IMG/VR virus record: IMGVR_UViG_3300020578_000006
Coordinates: 165,718-229,717 of that record
Strand: one strand, 5' to 3'
Length of the DNA: 64,000 nucleotides
A program made the translations under genes and the position numbers. Each line of letters opens with the position of its first letter. Positions within the stretch are counted from its first letter, which is position 1. Positions 38,223-47,838 of this stretch are shown here, in pieces. Below the pieces are notes generated by a model. The model did not search any database. It worked only from the letters and a program-made list of their open reading frames with translations, and was not told the DNA's origin.

Positions 38223-41200
38223 CTAAAATTAATAGTCGCAGTATTTTTAACTGCTGCAGCGTTTAATGAGGCTACATCTGACTCCATAGAATCTTCTACC
38301 ATAATTATTTTTATTGCAGCAGTTCCAAATGCTGGTATGTTCTTATACATAAATCTCCATTCTTTTTCATATCTAGAATTTACATCTACTTTAGGAACTT
38401 GTGCCCATGCTAAATTACCTTTAGACCCATCAGGGTTAACAAGAACACCATTTCCATTGTCCTCTCCGGTTGCCGCATCATCGTTAAGAGCGTTAGCATC
38501 TCTTATATTATAGAATACTTCCTTTACAGTGCTATCTGTTTTTATAACAAATTCGTAGTTTTGACTAGTTAATGTTTCTCCCGGTCTAGGATAAAGAATT
38601 TGACCTGAAGGGGGTTTAGAATCATAATAAAAAACTTGAGTAAAAGTATTATAGTAAGGTGTAAAGCCTGGCGCCTTAAGGAATGCTCGAGCTCTTAATA
38701 CATGATAGCCTTCTTCCAAGCCCACTCTTTTACTTGCAAAATCATTATGTACATAGTTTTCAACTGTTGTTGCATTAAAATTAGTTACAGAAAATTGTGA
38801 TGCCATTTTGCTTTTTATACTGACCATATTACCGTTAGAAGGAAAAACACTTAATGTATCTAAATAAGTGCCGCCAATTTTATAACGCAATTGACCCGTT
38901 GGCCAAGGTATTTGTACAGACCACCAATACGTAGGTCTTCCATTACCATCATTCGGACCAGTTCCGTCTCTTATAGCTTCTAGTACTCTTGTTGAAGCTA
39001 TTGCAGCTACGCCTCCATAGCCCTCAGGAAAAGAAATACCATCAGTTGTGTAATATACAAAAAGTTTAGCATTATTATAATACTCACCAGTTTTGATTCT
39101 AATAGTGGCACTTGAAGCATTAGCTACAAACTGACGTCTACCATCTGCAATTACGTTTGGATCATGATAGATGTAATCGGAAGGTGTAAAGAATGCGTTA
39201 GGACCATTTCCTAAATTAAAATTAACTCTTCTAAGCCCCTTTATAGCTATATAGGTTTCAGCTCCTTGCGAACCTACTATATTACGATTAACGTTAGCTG
39301 CAGCAAACTTATCTCTTACTCGGTAATCAAATTTCATTTGTTCATAACCTAAAAACATATCATCAGTGCCTGGGGGATAGTCCCTCTTGATGTCCGTCAT
39401 CGAACCCAGGCCCATTTGAGAGTTAACGTCAACCCCTCCATCTAGTTTTAATAATACATTTTCCGCTGAGCCATCGAGTTGTACAATAAAGCTTAAATTT
39501 TGACCAGATCTTACAATAGGAATAAATGTTTCATATGTATAATCAGAAGTGTTTGTATCATATAAGCCATAAGGGTTAAACGCTGCATCTCCATTCGTTC
39601 CATCTTTTCTTTTAACTTTTATGTAAGGAACATTAGTACCGTTTTCTCTTATGTTTATAGCATTTAAACCTGTGTTTAAAGTAGGTCTTTCAGGAGTACG
39701 ATAAGAGAACATATAATAACTACTAGGCGGGACTATGACATTTCTTAATTCGTTTGCATACTTATAAAACCCTACTTGACCAGATCCGTTGGGCCCGGTA
39801 GCATATTGAAACAGATAAGCATCAGAAGGAAATGAAGAAGTAATAGGTGCAGACTTTCCATTCCATCTATTTCCGTTTATCATTGCGATCATAGTAACTC
39901 CGGTTGCATCAGAAGATGCACCATATCTTCTATCTATTCTTTCATAAGCAACATAATCGTTATTGGACCATATTCCCTTTTGACTGCCTCTTGCAAAATT
40001 ATTATGTATTTTAACTAAATTAGGAATCCTAGGGTCACTCCATTGTCCAAGAAAAGCTGAATTTGCTATACGGGGAAATTCACCTCCTGAATTTGTTAGT
40101 ACCCCTGCATGGTAATTGCCATCTGTATATATAAGAGGAAGGCCTGCTCTAGTAAAATAGAATGCGTGTTGAATATGGCGGTCGGTAGACCAACCATTAT
40201 CGTGAGATTGTGAATGCATAACAGCTACATCTGAACCAAAGCCTCCTGAGCCTTGACCATCAAAGCCAGATAAATTATTCCCTATTCTGTTATCTAGATT
40301 ACTTTTAAGAATATTATCTACTAGTCTCATTCCTGCATTAATATAATCACCATAAGGAGGTGGTTCACCGAGGTGCTCACCAAACATCATAGCATCATCT
40401 CTACCTAGATCAGTATTAAAAACACTATCTCGGTGATTGATATCTGCAAAGCCTCTAGATATATTAAACTGTCTTTGTGCTTGACCTACATAACCATAAT
40501 CAGAAAAATCTTTATCAGTTCCATAAGAAGCACCAAAGAAATCATATGGCACGTGCTTTACAGCGTCTAATCTTAATCCATCACATTTAGTTCTATCCAT
40601 AAACCAACGTACCGCTCTATTAAGATATTCTTCTACGTACTCTGAATAATATGCTTCATTAGCAGCAAGATACTCAACTGTTAATCCATTCTCATAACCA
40701 AACCCTACATAATTACCGTTTGCGTCATAACAATAAAATTCTGGGTTATTAGGATGTCTTAAGAACTTTACCTTTTGTGTCCACCATCCCTCGTTTGGTC
40801 CATGATTCTTATTCCAGATACCCGTCTCTGTAGCAATATCTATTAAATCAGATAATCCTCTGTTTTGTACTTCCCATACATTACCCCAATCACTTGTGTT
40901 ATACCATTTGCGGTAAGTACCATCAGGCATTAACTTAAGATGAAAGTCTTCAGGTCTCATTCCTGGATACAAATCAAGAGGTGTATCAGCTGTATACCCA
41001 GGTGTATCAAACCCGCGGTGATTCATTATATTATCAAAATAAACTCTGATACCAAAACGGTGTGCGGTTTCAATTAACATCATGAGTTCAGCTTCAGTAC
41101 CATACCTTGTATAAGTAGAACCTCTTTGGTCTTTAGAACCTAAATCAAATGGATCAAATAAATCATATCCTACTGAAAATGAACTACCAGCTTTTGCAGG

Positions 41201-41356
41201 GGGAGGAAGCCATAGAGAATCATAACCTACTTCTGCAAGTTCAGGAAGCTTGGCAGTAATTTCTGCCCAACTAGTATTAAAATACTGAAGCATAGCCTCA
41301 GCTTGAACGTTAACTGAAATGAAAAGAGAAGCGAAAAATGCAATTGCCCTTTTCAT
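38198..41356 (-). CDS. Secreted multidomain GH13 alpha-amylase-family enzyme
   Basis: Signal peptide; LWLPP, GYDLFD, DNIMNH, GLRLDAVKH (nucleophile), FGEH (acid/base), SHDN. Confidence 0.9.
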   Translation of the reverse strand: MKRAIAFFASLFISVNVQAEAMLQYFNTSWAEITAKLPELAEVGYDSLWLPPPAKAGSSFSVGYDLFDPFDLGSKDQRGSTYTRYGTEAELMMLIETAHRFGIRVYFDNIMNHRGFDTPGYTADTPLDLYPGMRPEDFHLKLMPDGTYRKWYNTSDWGNVWEVQNRGLSDLIDIATETGIWNKNHGPNEGWWTQKVKFLRHPNNPEFYCYDANGNYVGFGYENGLTVEYLAANEAYYSEYVEEYLNRAVRWFMDRTKCDGLRLDAVKHVPYDFFGASYGTDKDFSDYGYVGQAQRQFNISRGFADINHRDSVFNTDLGRDDAMMFGEHLGEPPPYGDYINAGMRLVDNILKSNLDNRIGNNLSGFDGQGSGGFGSDVAVMHSQSHDNGWSTDRHIQHAFYFTRAGLPLIYTDGNYHAGVLTNSGGEFPRIANSAFLGQWSDPRIPNLVKIHNNFARGSQKGIWSNNDYVAYERIDRRYGASSDATGVTMIAMINGNRWNGKSAPITSSFPSDAYLFQYATGPNGSGQVGFYKYANELRNVIVPPSSYYMFSYRTPERPTLNTGLNAINIRENGTNVPYIKVKRKDGTNGDAAFNPYGLYDTNTSDYTYETFIPIVRSGQNLSFIVQLDGSAENVLLKLDGGVDVNSQMGLGSMTDIKRDYPPGTDDMFLGYEQMKFDYRVRDKFAAANVNRNIVGSQGAETYIAIKGLRRVNFNLGNGPNAFFTPSDYIYHDPNVIADGRRQFVANASSATIRIKTGEYYNNAKLFVYYTTDGISFPEGYGGVAAIASTRVLEAIRDGTGPNDGNGRPTYWWSVQIPWPTGQLRYKIGGTYLDTLSVFPSNGNMVSIKSKMASQFSVTNFNATTVENYVHNDFASKRVGLEEGYHVLRARAFLKAPGFTPYYNTFTQVFYYDSKPPSGQILYPRPGETLTSQNYEFVIKTDSTVKEVFYNIRDANALNDDAATGEDNGNGVLVNPDGSKGNLAWAQVPKVDVNSRYEKEWRFMYKNIPAFGTAAIKIIMVEDSMESDVASLNAAAVKNTATINFSCATRGPQ

Positions 41357-41364
41357 ATTAATAT

Positions 41365-41925
41365 TTATTTGGCAAACAATTTCTTATCTTTATATGGACA
41401 AAAACTATATACATCATCAAAAGGTGTCTTGTTAGGATCGTCCTGCTTTTGATTTTTACCTAAGCTTACTACTATGAAATCTTTAGGTACATTTTCTTGA
41501 AAGTTTTTACCATAATATTCTACTTTACCAGAACCGTCTATATCCCATTTTAATGCATATTGATTCTTCCACGGGTCAAGTAAGGTACCATCTTCTTTTA
41601 TACCTTCACCATAATAAGGTCTTAAGATTTTACATACATCTTTACTATCATCTATTCTAGTAGGAGGACCATACCATGCGTAATATTCATGGTCAAAAGG
41701 ATACCCCTTTCTAGGCGCAGGCCATGCAATCAAGCCATTTTCAGATTTATAAAGCTGTACAGCATGATACAACCCTCTCATTTCTACATTCTGTACTTTA
41801 GATATTTTTGTTTTTTCTTGTATATGCTGGTAAGCAGGAAATGACAAGCTAACTAGTAAAAGAATGATGCTGACGGCTACAAGCATCTCTATAATAGTAA
41901 ATGCTGTAGCCGTCAGCTTCTTCAT
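41365..41925 (-). CDS. Type IV pilin/pseudopilin-like protein
   Basis: AFTIIEMLVAVSIILLLVSLSFPAY N-methylation segment; LDPWKNQY and S.GKN. Confidence 0.85.
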   Translation of the reverse strand: MKKLTATAFTIIEMLVAVSIILLLVSLSFPAYQHIQEKTKISKVQNVEMRGLYHAVQLYKSENGLIAWPAPRKGYPFDHEYYAWYGPPTRIDDSKDVCKILRPYYGEGIKEDGTLLDPWKNQYALKWDIDGSGKVEYYGKNFQENVPKDFIVVSLGKNQKQDDPNKTPFDDVYSFCPYKDKKLFAK

Positions 41926-41927
41926 TC

Positions 41928-42581
41928 TTACTTTCTCTTTTTAAGAAGTAGTAGTGCGCTAACACCTAACAATGATAGGATTGAAGGTTCGGGTACAGCA
42001 GTAAATTGTGTTAAGTAATTTACTCCCCCGTTGCTTGCATAGTTTTCAAAACTACCACTGCTTCCACCGTTAGACCATGTAAAGTCAGCCTTTGCATACA
42101 TTTCTATTGTGTATGTTTTAGGTGCTTGAATGGTACCAGCGGTTACGTTCTGTAATAAGTTAACAGAAGAATTGGCTGCCCAATATTTGTTAACGTTACC
42201 ATCAGTCCATGAGTTACTAAACGGAACGTTATATGAACTGAATGCACCTTTATCAGCTGCACCAGTTTCATACACCCTCCAGTATAAAGTAACTGCATTA
42301 GCAGAATCTGTAGAACTTTGCCAGGTTTTAGCAGTTGCACTAGCTAATTGTAGTAACCCACCTTGATTCATGTTAATAGTACCAAGGCTAGCAGGTAAAG
42401 AATTAGCAGGGTTTGGACCATGGGTATCACCAAGCAAATTATAGAACGTAGTTGCTTGATTAATCACATCCAAACTAGAAGCATCTACACTAAACCCAAC
42501 ACCTACTGCATACATAGTATTGGCATAAGATGCTGATGCTAACCCTAAACTTATTACAATAGCTAGAATTAATTTATTCAT
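41928..42581 (-). CDS. PEP-CTERM sorting-domain protein
   Basis: Signal peptide plus VPEPS-ILSLLGVSALLLL-KKRK. Confidence 0.9.
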   Translation of the reverse strand: MNKLILAIVISLGLASASYANTMYAVGVGFSVDASSLDVINQATTFYNLLGDTHGPNPANSLPASLGTINMNQGGLLQLASATAKTWQSSTDSANAVTLYWRVYETGAADKGAFSSYNVPFSNSWTDGNVNKYWAANSSVNLLQNVTAGTIQAPKTYTIEMYAKADFTWSNGGSSGSFENYASNGGVNYLTQFTAVPEPSILSLLGVSALLLLKKRK

Positions 42582-44146
42582 ACATTACCCTCCTTTCTTT
42601 TGAGCGTTCTTATTGCAAGTACCCCTAGTCCTCCAAGCAGCATTAAGCTACCAGCAGAGGGTTCAGGAATACCTGAAACTTCAATGTTATTAACAAACAG
42701 ACCATAGTTTGGTTGATCTGCTGTAGTGGTCTGTATGTCACCTGCATAGAAGTGAATAGTAGTAATATAATCCGGCACATTTACATTAGTCACAAATAAC
42801 ACCTCTGGATTTCCGTATAAATAAGCACTTACTTCAACAAGTGTAGGGGTTAATTGCTCTACCATGTAAGTTAATGCTTGTTGATAGCCATTGGCTAACA
42901 CCTGAGTATTAGTTAATCCAGTACCTGCAAAGGTAATAGGATCTGACCATACATTCTGGAATCTAAACACTGCAGTGTTTCCAGACATGAATTCAACACC
43001 TCGGTTACCTCCATTCCAAAGATAGTTTGCATCTACTGATAGAGTTTGACCTGCTATAAGGCCACCACCATTGAGTACAAACCAACCGTTTGAGTATTGA
43101 TTATAAGCCGTATTACCAGGTACAAAATTAAATGCACTTGCTCCAATACTAGTTCTTCCTCCTTGAGAGGAATTACTAATCTGGGTTATAGCAGATGTGT
43201 CATTTTGGAAGTACCAAGTACCTACACTTGTACCAGCACCTTCTATCCATGTTGCAGTGGTATAGCTGCTGGCATCCTCTATACCTAATACAGCTGCATG
43301 TGTTGTATTTAGACTAAAGATAGCGAGCAATGCAGCAAGCAAGCTAACTTTAGTTTTGTTTTTTGTTCTCATAAAACCTAATAATGTTGCGCCTATTACA
43401 AGCAATAACCAAGTATCTGGTTCAGGAATAATACCTACATCAGAGAGCGAATCACCCACAGATAGATAATCAATATGCACAACAGGTGCTGCAGTTGCAG
43501 AACCTTGTCTTAAGTTAATAGCAGATATAAAAGAAGCTGGCTCTGAACCTGTAGTAGATAGCCAATTAACTGTTCCTAGTTCTGCTACAAGTAATGATCT
43601 GTTTGTATCATTAGGGTTTATGTACAAGCTAAATGTATCATTAAGAGTGCCAGCTACAAAATCCCATGCCATAACTATAGTGTATTCAGTGTTAAAATCT
43701 AATAATGTAGTTCCCCAGGTCATTGCAGATCCTGTGCCTGATGCAGATTGTAATCCCAGTTGAAATCCAGCACCTGAGCTTCTAGCAGCCAATCTTTGAT
43801 AAAAATTGGAAGAAGTACCTGCAGGGTCAGATAGGTTTAAGAAGTAATCACCATTAACAAAGGCAGATGCAATTTTAAGATCTACTCTTGTATATAAAGT
43901 ATTACCAGACGTCTTTACTACTTGTGAAGTTAGTGCTTTCCAAACATCTTGACCTGTTGTATTAATAATTGCTTTACCATCTTGGTACTGAATAGGATTA
44001 TTAGAAGCAGTGGATGTTTGAGTCCATCCATTCTGCCCTACTAGATTTCCATTTACATATCCTGTTGAAAAGTCATCAATTAGATATGTTGCTGCATTGA
44101 GATTTATAGCTACCAATGCAAGTAGTGTTGTTATTAGTTTTTTCAT
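42578..44146 (-). CDS. Tandem double PEP-CTERM protein
   Basis: Signal; internal IPEPDTWLLLVIGATLLGFMRTK; second signal; terminal IPEPSAGSLMLLGGLGVLAIRTLKRK. Confidence 0.85.
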   Translation of the reverse strand: MKKLITTLLALVAINLNAATYLIDDFSTGYVNGNLVGQNGWTQTSTASNNPIQYQDGKAIINTTGQDVWKALTSQVVKTSGNTLYTRVDLKIASAFVNGDYFLNLSDPAGTSSNFYQRLAARSSGAGFQLGLQSASGTGSAMTWGTTLLDFNTEYTIVMAWDFVAGTLNDTFSLYINPNDTNRSLLVAELGTVNWLSTTGSEPASFISAINLRQGSATAAPVVHIDYLSVGDSLSDVGIIPEPDTWLLLVIGATLLGFMRTKNKTKVSLLAALLAIFSLNTTHAAVLGIEDASSYTTATWIEGAGTSVGTWYFQNDTSAITQISNSSQGGRTSIGASAFNFVPGNTAYNQYSNGWFVLNGGGLIAGQTLSVDANYLWNGGNRGVEFMSGNTAVFRFQNVWSDPITFAGTGLTNTQVLANGYQQALTYMVEQLTPTLVEVSAYLYGNPEVLFVTNVNVPDYITTIHFYAGDIQTTTADQPNYGLFVNNIEVSGIPEPSAGSLMLLGGLGVLAIRTLKRKEGNV

Positions 44147-44793
44147 AATCTTTTTCTTAATGCTAGTAATCCTAGTAATGTTAAATGTAAGGTTGAAGGT
44201 TCAGGAACTACTTCAATTATTTCATTACCTCCGTTATAAGAAAATGTACCTACCAATGCTGTAGTATTAGAAGAGAAGACAAACGATTCCATATTAGGTG
44301 TGCTATCAAACAGAGGGGCGCGCCATAAAGTATCAGTTAAAATAGCTTTATCGTAAGAACTGTTATAAGGTGCAGCTGTAAAATTAACTAGGTCTGCATC
44401 ATATATAGCTAATGCAAGTTGTGTATTTACCGCAACATCAGTATTATCTATTTTGCTATAATTGATTTGCATCTCAAGAAAATCTACTCCCGTATCAACA
44501 AAACCTGTACCGTTAGGAAGAGGGGAGAAAATACCATTACTATAAGTACCCCATAACGCTGACATGTAACGGGTATTAACTGTATTATTATCTACAAGAA
44601 CAGAAAATAAATCGTCATACAAAACTATAGAAGAAACAGCTTTGGATTCGGACACCATAAACCAACCAATAAAAAAGCCGCACATTGTGCGGCTTAGCAT
44701 CTTTAAAGCGTTATAAGCGCTCTTGTATCCTAGCATGTGAGGTTCTCCCTCATATAATGTACTTATACCTGCTGTTGTATTGTTTGCAAGCAT
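44143..44793 (-). CDS. PEP-CTERM sorting-domain protein
   Basis: VVPEPSTLHLTLLGLLALRKRL; true start may be a later Met. Confidence 0.85.
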   Translation of the reverse strand: MLANNTTAGISTLYEGEPHMLGYKSAYNALKMLSRTMCGFFIGWFMVSESKAVSSIVLYDDLFSVLVDNNTVNTRYMSALWGTYSNGIFSPLPNGTGFVDTGVDFLEMQINYSKIDNTDVAVNTQLALAIYDADLVNFTAAPYNSSYDKAILTDTLWRAPLFDSTPNMESFVFSSNTTALVGTFSYNGGNEIIEVVPEPSTLHLTLLGLLALRKRL

Positions 44794-44882
44794 ATTAAGT
44801 TAGACAGATCAACTTTAAAAACATTAAATTTATTTTTGTGACAAAAAAAATTATTAGGGTTTCTTATTGACTAAATATTATT

Positions 44883-45044
44883 ATGGCAGAGCTTGATGAG
44901 CTCATCGCCTTTACCATAGAAAAATACGTGGCAAAAGGCGGCAAAAAAAAGAGCGTTTTGAAGAAAATAGCAGAGTGTAAGACTATGAAAGGGCTTTTAA
45001 AGCTAAGAAGTAAGTTGGGTATGATTAAGTGGGAGAATAAATAA
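44883..45044 (+). CDS. Small basic late protein (53 aa, not in ORF track)
   Basis: TAAATA-5-ATG; MAELDELIAF...KWENK. Confidence 0.45.
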   Translation: MAELDELIAFTIEKYVAKGGKKKSVLKKIAECKTMKGLLKLRSKLGMIKWENK

Positions 45045-45048
45045 CTAT

Positions 45049-45270
45049 ATGAAGCTATTCGACAAAATACTTGATGTGTATTATGATGTTGTCTTTAAAG
45101 TAGAAGACCTTGCAACAACTGTTAAGTATAAAGTTGTTGATTTGATCGACGGTATTAAGGGCCACAAAAGTAGTCTTGATGCCTATGTAGGTCAAGAAAT
45201 TGATCTAGTTCAGAAAGAACCGGTCAAAAAGACAAAGAAAAAGAAAACGTCTAAAAAGAAAAAGAAGTAA
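45049..45270 (+). CDS. Small late protein with Lys-rich tail
   Basis: AATAAATA-5-ATG. Confidence 0.5.
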   Translation: MKLFDKILDVYYDVVFKVEDLATTVKYKVVDLIDGIKGHKSSLDAYVGQEIDLVQKEPVKKTKKKKTSKKKKK

Positions 45271-45364
45271 TTGATTTAAAATAATTACCGTCTACAATAA
45301 TACTGTGGACATACTGCACCTTTTAAATGATAGAAACGGCTATGGGTGGTGGGGTTTATAAAAT

Positions 45365-46042
45365 ATGGGCAACATATGGAATACACTCATTGATGTGCAG
45401 CATATGCTGCAAAAGCAGTTTGAGATCAGTGGCAAGGAAATACAAGAACCAGGCATGGATCGGTTCAATCAACCGGGGTGGATAAACCGGGTATGGACAT
45501 CTGATAATTATCGCAGAGCTCATATTGATGTAGTTGACACCCGTGACATCAAGGGACTATGGATGATGCATTGCTGCATCTTTCCGCATGTACACAATGA
45601 TGCACCCATATTTGGGTTTGATGTGATTGCCGGTAAGAATATTATTACAGGTTGTTTTCATGATTACAGTGTGACTGTGAACAAGGACCATGACATGTGC
45701 ACTTGGTTTGCTCAATATGTGAAACAATTTTCATGGCGCAAAATCAGAGAATTACCCGCATGGGCCAATCGTATATTTTCTCCAAGCATGGTGGCTGCCA
45801 GCCAAGTCACATGTGAAACAGAATTGCAGCAAATCTCTCAAATGGTAACAGACACTTCTGCATATTATTTGCAACATATAGGAGCATCCAATCACAAGGA
45901 TGTAAACACTACTGCAGCTCAAAATTATTATGCTGCCAATCAGAAGGAAAATCCTCACACTCCCCGGGTTATGGCTAAACTGGGTCTTAAGGAAGATGAC
46001 ATTAAAGTCTTTATTCAAAATTGCTTGTTTCCTGAGATATGA
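45365..46042 (+). CDS. pcyX: Ferredoxin-dependent bilin reductase, PcyX/PcyA type
   Basis: YRRAHID55, WMMH69CCIFP, PIFGFD86, QNYY..NQKENPHT. Confidence 0.85.
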   Translation: MGNIWNTLIDVQHMLQKQFEISGKEIQEPGMDRFNQPGWINRVWTSDNYRRAHIDVVDTRDIKGLWMMHCCIFPHVHNDAPIFGFDVIAGKNIITGCFHDYSVTVNKDHDMCTWFAQYVKQFSWRKIRELPAWANRIFSPSMVAASQVTCETELQQISQMVTDTSAYYLQHIGASNHKDVNTTAAQNYYAANQKENPHTPRVMAKLGLKEDDIKVFIQNCLFPEI

Positions 46043-46088
46043 AAAGAAGATACGTTGATTTTTGTATAAACATAGTTAAATTACGTAT

Positions 46089-46277
46089 ATGGCAACACAA
46101 ACACACGAATCAATTAAAAATTTAGTCGAAACTCTTTCTACAGAAGAAACAAAATTCTGGGAAGGTAATAATGCAGCTGGTACTCGCGCCCGTAAAGCGT
46201 TGCAGGAAATTATTAAGGCTGCACGCGAAGGCCGTAAGGCAATTCAAGAAGAAAAAAATTCCCGTAAGGGTAAATAA
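46089..46277 (+). CDS. Histone H1-like Hc1-family protein
   Basis: KF..GNNAAGTRARKALQE motif. Confidence 0.75.
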   Translation: MATQTHESIKNLVETLSTEETKFWEGNNAAGTRARKALQEIIKAAREGRKAIQEEKNSRKGK

Positions 46278-46646
46278 TTAGCCATTCAGATTCCAAAGAC
46301 GGCGGGTCTCTGGGCTGGAATAATCTCTTCCATGTACTGTTAATGTACGTGAAGCTGTTGCACTCGAAGCCGTAAACGTACTAACTGTATTATCCTCTAG
46401 TACAACGGCAAATGTTGTGCCATGGTAAACATTATCGATGTTAACTCTAGTCCCGTTTACAGCCAAAATGTTTGTTGTATATGCAGCTTGTAAGCCTGTC
46501 CCTGCAACCGGGTCATTAAAAAGTATGCCCTTAGAGCCGGCAGTTAGATTTGTAATACCTACACCTTGTGCTGTAAGAGAATAAGCTAAATTAGAAGGTG
46601 TTGTTAAACCGGGATCTGTAACGTAGTATTTAAACTCGAGTGCCAT
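46278..46646 (-). CDS. Hypothetical late (structural-like) protein
   Basis: TATAAATA-6-ATG; Thr/Ala-rich beta composition. Confidence 0.5.
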   Translation of the reverse strand: MALEFKYYVTDPGLTTPSNLAYSLTAQGVGITNLTAGSKGILFNDPVAGTGLQAAYTTNILAVNGTRVNIDNVYHGTTFAVVLEDNTVSTFTASSATASRTLTVHGRDYSSPETRRLWNLNG

Positions 46647-46676
46647 ATAATATATTTATATGGCTCAGGCAACAAA

Positions 46677-47810
46677 TTATTTAAATCCGATAATTTTTTT
46701 AGGCTGGTCTTTTTCGGCTAAGTCTTCCTTATCATAATTGTAAATCTCTGTAAGAGTTAAAGGTTTATCTACTTTTTTGTCGACACCTAAGAATTTAAAT
46801 ACTTTAGTAGCCTCTTCTTCTGTTAACTCTTTAAACTCGTGTTCGGCAATTAATCTTCCCTTACGTAGTAGTGCTGAGTCAAGCTTTTCTCTTGATGTGT
46901 TTAAGGTAGCAATTATTTGTATATTCAAACAATCTCCTAATACTCCATCGGTCATATTAAGAATATTTGATACCCCATTGTTTGTGTCGTTTGATTCTCT
47001 CGACCCAATCACCTTTTCTGCGTCTTCAATAACCAATATTGAGTTTTTATTTTCCATTAAAAATGGTAAAAAGTTGGGCGCAGTAATACCTTCTGTCATA
47101 TTTGGAGGAACAAAAATGACTTTCTTCTTTAAGAGGGTTGTTAGATATTTAATATAAGTTGTTTTACCGGTGCCTGGCTTTCCGTTTAAAATAACCAACC
47201 CAGTATCACCGAGTGTATTAAGTCTTTTAACTATTGTTTTGTGTTTTTTAATAAATCCCTCACCATAATTTAACTCAAGATCCATTTCTTTACATGGAAG
47301 CTTTGTTGTAAACTCTTTTAATGTGTAGCCTTCCCCCGGGGTCCCAATAATCAAATATATATTATTTGTTGCTATTTCTTCGTGAACAGTAAAATATTTT
47401 AACAAAGAGTCTAGTTTTTCTTTTTTATCAACTAAGGCAATTAGGGTGAGAGAGTGAGCATTAATGTCTTTGGTTGTGGCACTATCATAATCATACTCCA
47501 AATCAATTTCGTTTCCAGCAAGTGTGTCCAGTTTTGCTCTTTCTAGTAAGACTAATACTCCATCACCTTCAAAAGCATATGACGTAGAAACAGTCTCTAC
47601 CTTCTTACCTTTTTTGTAGGGTACAACTACTTCGTAGGCTAGAGTAAAATCTTTTTTAAGTTTTTCTATACAGTCCTCCTTGTATAGTAATCTTACCGGT
47701 CGATATACAAAAGGCTGGCTATTAAATTTATGACAAAAATAATAGCCTAAATTAAAAAGGTTATAGGTGCCTGATGTTTGACTATAAGGCTGAAACATGG
47801 TATCACCCAT
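46677..47810 (-). CDS. AAA+ ATPase
   Basis: GKPGTGKTT, LVIEDAE, LNMTDG, ATLN, ALLRKGRL. Confidence 0.9.
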   Translation of the reverse strand: MGDTMFQPYSQTSGTYNLFNLGYYFCHKFNSQPFVYRPVRLLYKEDCIEKLKKDFTLAYEVVVPYKKGKKVETVSTSYAFEGDGVLVLLERAKLDTLAGNEIDLEYDYDSATTKDINAHSLTLIALVDKKEKLDSLLKYFTVHEEIATNNIYLIIGTPGEGYTLKEFTTKLPCKEMDLELNYGEGFIKKHKTIVKRLNTLGDTGLVILNGKPGTGKTTYIKYLTTLLKKKVIFVPPNMTEGITAPNFLPFLMENKNSILVIEDAEKVIGSRESNDTNNGVSNILNMTDGVLGDCLNIQIIATLNTSREKLDSALLRKGRLIAEHEFKELTEEEATKVFKFLGVDKKVDKPLTLTEIYNYDKEDLAEKDQPKKIIGFK

Positions 47811-47838
47811 ATCTTATTATAGCCAAATATATTATTAA

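Noticed and set aside
38198-44793. Contaminating host chromosome fragment
   Set aside because: Composition, tight gene coupling and an overlap with the flanking ORF fit the phage. This cannot be fully excluded without read mapping.
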